A stretch of DNA of 64,000 nucleotides from Piromyces finnis finn. Taxonomy: Eukaryota; Fungi; Neocallimastigomycota. The DNA lies in NCBI GenBank assembly GCA_002104945.1, contig MCFH01000027.1:124001-188000 (forward strand). Reading direction: 5' to 3'. Below are positions 59,058-64,000 of the stretch, one piece after another (positions within the stretch are counted from its first letter, which is position 1; each line of letters begins with the position of its first letter). The notes beneath the pieces were generated by a model that was given only the letters and a program-made list of their open reading frames with translations, made no database searches and was not told the DNA's origin. The translations under genes and the position numbers were made by a program.

Positions 59058-59969
59058 ATGACTCAACCAACACCTAAACCAGTTCAACAATTCCTAAAGC
59101 CTCAAGATTTAGAAGAATTTAAGAAAAATCTTTGTGGTGAATTAGACAAGTATATCACTCAACAATTGGATAAAAATACCACCTCCTTGTTAGAACGTAT
59201 GGATGCTATGTTAAAGGAACTTAAGAGTCGTGCTAATTATACTGAAACCGAGGAATCTTCTACTGATTATGATGAAGATCATGATGTTATAATGCGTAAT
59301 AGAACCTATCCTATCAAACAAGTACCAGATCCAGGATTCTTTACTGGTGATACTACTCAGACTGAGTTATTCTGCGAACTCTGCCAAGCTACCTTTAAAA
59401 CTCCACCTAACAATCAACTATCTGAAGAAGTAAAAATTAACTTTGTTGTTGTTAGATTACGTGATTCTGCCAGAACTTGGTATCATATTAAATATAAAGA
59501 TGGTATTACTCCTATGACTATGAACGAACTATTAAGTGAATTAAACGAAGCTTTTTCAAATGTTACCAGTACCAAATTAGCCATGATTCAATTAATAGAA
59601 TTAAGACAAGCTTATGGGAAAGTGAACGACTATATTAACAAATTTAGAGATTTAAGTCGTTGTTTAGAGATAGATGACATTAGTCTTTCACTAATATTTT
59701 TAAATGGTTTACATCCAAAATATAAGAATGAAATTAAGAAAGCTGATATTTTACCTAACACTTTAAGTGAAATGGTTACAAAGTGTATAATTTTTGAAAA
59801 TTCTCTTGCTACTAATAATAAATTAAATATCAATAATAATAATAATAAAAATCAACATTACAATAAGAGAAACAATAGGAAATTCAATAAGAATAAAACC
59901 CATTATCAAAATTCAAACAATAATAATAATTATGTCAATAAAGTTCAAAAAATGAACTCAAAAAACTAA
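59058..59969 (+). CDS. Element E Gag
   Basis: Retrotransposon-gag-like PDPGFFTG...RLRDSARTW...YINKF...FLNGL. Ends TCA AAA AAC TAA. Confidence 0.85.
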   Translation: MTQPTPKPVQQFLKPQDLEEFKKNLCGELDKYITQQLDKNTTSLLERMDAMLKELKSRANYTETEESSTDYDEDHDVIMRNRTYPIKQVPDPGFFTGDTTQTELFCELCQATFKTPPNNQLSEEVKINFVVVRLRDSARTWYHIKYKDGITPMTMNELLSELNEAFSNVTSTKLAMIQLIELRQAYGKVNDYINKFRDLSRCLEIDDISLSLIFLNGLHPKYKNEIKKADILPNTLSEMVTKCIIFENSLATNNKLNINNNNNKNQHYNKRNNRKFNKNKTHYQNSNNNNNYVNKVQKMNSKN

Positions 59970-62900
59970 GAAATGAACTCTCAAGAGAGTCTAAGAGAGT
60001 TCATAATACAAAAATAATACATTACAACTTTCCTACATATGACTCTAAAATAAATAAAAAATTGCCTACAACATTTTTCAACTTAAAATTTTTTATCCCA
60101 ATTAAATTAAACAAACTTTATGATTTAAAAAATTCAATTAATAAAAATCAATACAATTTAATTTTAGATAGTGGCTCATATTGCAACTTTATTTCAATCA
60201 ACTTGGTCAATAAATTAAAACTAAAACCACACAAATTATTACACTCAATTGAAATAAATGGAATTAGTGGTTCAATATTTATTGATACATACACCTTCTT
60301 ATATTTTAAGACTACTATCTATAATAATCATTCAAAATTTTTAATTACTTTTAAAGAAAAATTTCTAATTATTAAAAATCTTCCAACAGATTTGTTATTA
60401 GGCAATAAATTTTTACACAAATATCAACTACATTTTAATTATAATAAAAATTTTGTATATTCAAGTTTAAATTTTAACAATTTTAAAAAATTAAATTCTA
60501 ATAAAATTATATATAAAATTAATAAAAACCGATTGAATAAATCCAAAAATTTAAAAATTAAAAACATTAAACATAATAAATTAACTTTCAATACATCTTT
60601 TAATAATTTGAAAAATTGCTCTAAACCAAAATATCAAAATTTCAGCTATAATTACTTTATTCACTCATTTTTAGCTAATAGTGAAAAAGATTATAATACT
60701 GATGATGAAGATGATAATGAAGAAGACTTCAAATTAGAAGAAGTACCAGAACCATATCGTGATTTAGCGGAAGTTTTCAGCAAGGTTAAGGCTGATAAAC
60801 TACCACCACATAGGCTAACGGATTGTAAAATCGTTTTACAAAAAGATGCTTCTTTACATTATGGTCCTATATATCCTCTATCTGAAGATGAATCTCTAGT
60901 TCTTAAAGAATACATAGATGAAAATCTCAAGAAAGGATTCATTAGACCATCTGAATCTCCAGCTGGTTATCCTGTTTTATTTCAGAAAAAGAAGGATGGA
61001 TCGTTACGTCTTTGTATTGATTACAAAAAATTAAATGCAGTTACAATTCGCAATTCTTACCCACTTCCTCTAATTACTGATATTATCGAAAGAGTGAAAG
61101 GTGCTAAATTTTTTTCAAAATTAGATCTTCGTTCTGCTTACAATTTAGTGCGTATTCGTGAAGGAGACGAATATAAGACAGCTTTTAGAACTAAATATGG
61201 TCACTATGAATATTTAGTAATGCCTTTTGGTTTAAGAAATGCCCCTGCTACATTTCAATCATTTATTAATTCAGTATTACGCCCTTATTTAGAAAAATTT
61301 GTTATTTTATATTTAGATGATATTCTGATTTACTCGGAAACATTAGATGAACATATACAACATGTTCGTACTGTTCTCCAAACATTGCTCAAAAATAATT
61401 TATTTGCTAAATTAAAGAAATGTGAATTTCACAAGCCAGAAGTTGAATTTTTAGGACACGTTATATCAGGCAATGGTATATCTACTGATCCAAAGAAAAT
61501 TAAATCTGTCCAAGAATGGCCTACACCTAATTGTGTAAAAGATGTTCAACGCTTTGTTGGATTATGCAACTATTATAGAAGATTTATAAAAGATTTTGCT
61601 ACTATTGCTAAACCGCTTCACAATTTAACAAAGAAAAATACTAGTTTTAATTGGAATGATAAATGTAATAACTCATTTTTAGAATTAAAAAAGAGACTAA
61701 TCTCTTCACCTATTTTATTACATCCAGATCCAACCAAACCATTTATTGTCGAATGCGATGCTAGTAATTTTGCCATTGGTTGTATACTTTCTCAAAAGGA
61801 TGAAGATAACAAATTACATCCTGTAGCATATTATTCAAGATGTTTAAACAATGCTGAATTAAATTATTCAATTACTGAAAAGGAACTTTTAGCTATAAAA
61901 TGTGCATTTTCTACCTGGAGACATTTATTACTAGGTGCTAAATACCAAGTAACCGTTTTTACTGACCATAAAAACCTTCTATACACCTTAGGTGGTAAAG
62001 TCGGAAACCAACGTCAACATCGTTGGCATTTATTTTTCCAAGAATATAATTTTCAATTAATATACCGCCAAGGAAGAAAAAATGGTAAACCTGATAGTTT
62101 GTCAAGAAGACCTGATTACGAGAAAAATAATGTTGAACCTAAACCAGAACATATATTAGATTATAAAAACGTTCCCGATACTCCATGTTTTGTTGGTATT
62201 GTTGGTTCTCTCATTGATCAAATAATAGAAAATTATAAGGATGATGAAAATGCGAATAATATTTATCTTTACTTTAGTCCTAATAATGCTAATCAAGGTT
62301 ACTTTTACAGACCTTTCAGAAAAATGGAAAAATTTAAAATAAAAAATAATTTAATTTTATATAATAATTTAATTTATGTACCAGAAAAACTTCATGTAGA
62401 TATTTTAACCAGGTACCATGATAACGCTACTGCTGGACATTTAGGTATTCGAAGAACTGAAGAACTAATTAACCGTAATTTTTGGTGGCCCAAAATGCAT
62501 CAAGATATCGTAAATTTTGTCAATTCTTGCGAACAATGTTCCAGAAATAAAGTTAATAGACATAAAAGATATGATCTTTTAAGACCTTTAGAAATTCCTG
62601 ATCGCCCTTGGAAATCTATTGAAATCGATTTTCTTTGTGGTCTCCCTGAATCAAAAAAGTTTTCCGTTATAATGGTTGTTGTAGATCGCTTTTCAAAAAT
62701 GATTCACCTTATTCCGTTCAAAGAAATACCTACAGCTGAAGAAACTGCCAAAGCTTTCCTAAAAAATATTTTTAAACTCCATGGACTACCTACAGATATT
62801 TATACGGACAGAGGAACACAATTTACTAGTGCTTTATGGATAGAAATTATGGAAAAATTGCGTGTTAAGCCAAAAATAGCTACCACAGATCACCATGAGA

Positions 62901-63667
62901 CCGTTGGTCAAGTAGAACGTTGTAACTCTTTCATTGAACAATATTTACGTTGCTATTCAAGAACATTTTTCCACGATGACTGGATTGAATGGTTACATCT
63001 AGCTGAATTTGTTTATAATAATACAGTTCACGAATCTACAAAACAAACTCCATTTTTCATTAATTATGGATTCCACCCACCTATGGATGATGTCTTTTTG
63101 TTTCAAGGTTCTGATTCAAACTTTAAATACATTAAAGATGTTAGTAAAAATTTCCTTTTAGTTAAAGATGTTTTGCTTAGATCTCAAGATTTATACAAAA
63201 GAGCTGCCGATAAGAAAAGAATTATTGCTCCTGAATTGAATGAAGGACAAAAAGTTTGGATTCATGCACCTCCTGCTTTTGCTACTACTGAAAATGCCAA
63301 ACTAGCGCCTCGTAAGTATGGTCCTTACAAGGTTTTAGAAGTTTTAAACAATGGTAATTATAAAATAGATATTTCAAATTCACCTTTTCCAAAACACCAC
63401 CCTGTATTTCACATATCGGAACTTGAACCTTATGTATCTACGCCAGATAAATTTAAAAATAGATTTAAATATAAAGAAACTAATGCAGAAATTATAGAAA
63501 TTGGTGACTTTAGGACAAATTATAAAGAAAAACGCTACGAATATAAAATTCGTTATAAACACCGCCTAAGTTGGCACTGGGTTCCTGCTACAGTAATAGA
63601 AAGTGACCCAAGATATCAAGAATTATTAATTCAATTCAATAAAAGTATTAGAAAACACAAAATCTAA
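59960..63667 (+). CDS. Element E Pol (PR-RT-RH-IN-chromodomain-like), probably made by -1 frameshift
   Basis: The -1 frame is open from 59942 to 63667 without stops. LDSGS, YLDD, VECDAS, HHCC, DDE, YGPY, and a chromodomain-like C-terminus (EIIEIGDFR..YEYKIRYK..WHWVP). Confidence 0.9.
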   Translation, partial: KKLRNELSRESKRVHNTKIIHYNFPTYDSKINKKLPTTFFNLKFFIPIKLNKLYDLKNSINKNQYNLILDSGSYCNFISINLVNKLKLKPHKLLHSIEINGISGSIFIDTYTFLYFKTTIYNNHSKFLITFKEKFLIIKNLPTDLLLGNKFLHKYQLHFNYNKNFVYSSLNFNNFKKLNSNKIIYKINKNRLNKSKNLKIKNIKHNKLTFNTSFNNLKNCSKPKYQNFSYNYFIHSFLANSEKDYNTDDEDDNEEDFKLEEVPEPYRDLAEVFSKVKADKLPPHRLTDCKIVLQKDASLHYGPIYPLSEDESLVLKEYIDENLKKGFIRPSESPAGYPVLFQKKKDGSLRLCIDYKKLNAVTIRNSYPLPLITDIIERVKGAKFFSKLDLRSAYNLVRIREGDEYKTAFRTKYGHYEYLVMPFGLRNAPATFQSFINSVLRPYLEKFVILYLDDILIYSETLDEHIQHVRTVLQTLLKNNLFAKLKKCEFHKPEVEFLGHVISGNGISTDPKKIKSVQEWPTPNCVKDVQRFVGLCNYYRRFIKDFATIAKPLHNLTKKNTSFNWNDKCNNSFLELKKRLISSPILLHPDPTKPFIVECDASNFAIGCILSQKDEDNKLHPVAYYSRCLNNAELNYSITEKELLAIKCAFSTWRHLLLGAKYQVTVFTDHKNLLYTLGGKVGNQRQHRWHLFFQEYNFQLIYRQGRKNGKPDSLSRRPDYEKNNVEPKPEHILDYKNVPDTPCFVGIVGSLIDQIIENYKDDENANNIYLYFSPNNANQGYFYRPFRKMEKFKIKNNLILYNNLIYVPEKLHVDILTRYHDNATAGHLGIRRTEELINRNFWWPKMHQDIVNFVNSCEQCSRNKVNRHKRYDLLRPLEIPDRPWKSIEIDFLCGLPESKKFSVIMVVVDRFSKMIHLIPFKEIPTAEETAKAFLKNIFKLHGLPTDIYTDRGTQFTSALWIEIMEKLRVKPKIATTDHHETVGQVERCNSFIEQYLRCYSRTFFHDDWIEWLHLAEFVYNNTVHESTKQTPFFINYGFHPPMDDVFLFQGSDSNFKYIKDVSKNFLLVKDVLLRSQDLYKRAADKKRIIAPELNEGQKVWIHAPPAFATTENAKLAPRKYGPYKVLEVLNNGNYKIDISNSPFPKHHPVFHISELEPYVSTPDKFKNRFKYKETNAEIIEIGDFRTNYKEKRYEYKIRYKHRLSWHWVPATVIESDPRYQELLIQFNKSIRKHKI

Positions 63668-64000
63668 TTCTTTAAATTGCATTTCAACAATTTTATTTTT
63701 TAAAAATTTATTAATATCTTTCACTAACATTATGTTTTATTATAATTTGTATTACTCATCTAATACATTTCAACACAAATTTCAAAAATTTTTTCTATGA
63801 ATGTTAAATTTCAATTCAATAATTTTTGATCCAACAATTTTATCAATTTATTTAATTTAAAACACAAAATTTTTATAATGAAAATTAAATATTTAAAGAG
63901 AATAATTTTCAATTTATTTTAGCAGTACAATTACAAATATTTATATGTTGTTAATGCTTATTTTATTCTCTATTCAATAGTATCAATTTCAATATTGTCA

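Larger units (their letters stand above)
57954..64000 (+). mobile_element. Chromovirus element E (3' LTR not in the window)
   Basis: The 5' LTR ends TTTACA at 58984 and is followed by PBS ATAATCTTTAC. Gag and pol are intact. The LTR start is uncertain (TGTCACG at 57954 is a guess). Confidence 0.8.

Overview
Extremely AT-rich eukaryotic DNA with spliceosomal introns. The base composition and a decayed dockerin-GH6 cellulase point to an anaerobic gut fungus (Neocallimastigomycota; inference). The left half (1-35 kb) is genic: a large intronless ankyrin-like repeat protein, a 5'-truncated LINE, a Sis1-type DnaJ, SGT1, a multi-exon telomerase reverse transcriptase (TERT) that the ORF track shows only as fragments, a nucleoplasmin-FKBP (Fpr3/4-like), a dockerin-GH6 pseudogene, an Avt1-like amino-acid transporter and tRNA-Cys(GCA). 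The right half (36-64 kb) is a nest of Ty3/gypsy LTR retrotransposons. Element A (36056-57897, tRNA-Ala primed) contains chromovirus B (41849-55150). B contains a solo LTR C (45136-45566) and a non-autonomous relative D (46824-52911). B, C and D each have a perfect 5-bp target-site duplication. A further chromovirus, E, runs off the window end. B, D and E show Tf1-like self-priming PBSs; A and E show -1 frameshift signals. The most unusual signal is in D: its coding sequence has decayed, but it has apparently identical LTRs and 8 tandem copies of a covarying ~50-nt hairpin that B carries once, just upstream of gag. This is a candidate amplified cis-acting RNA element. All identities and coordinates were read by eye.
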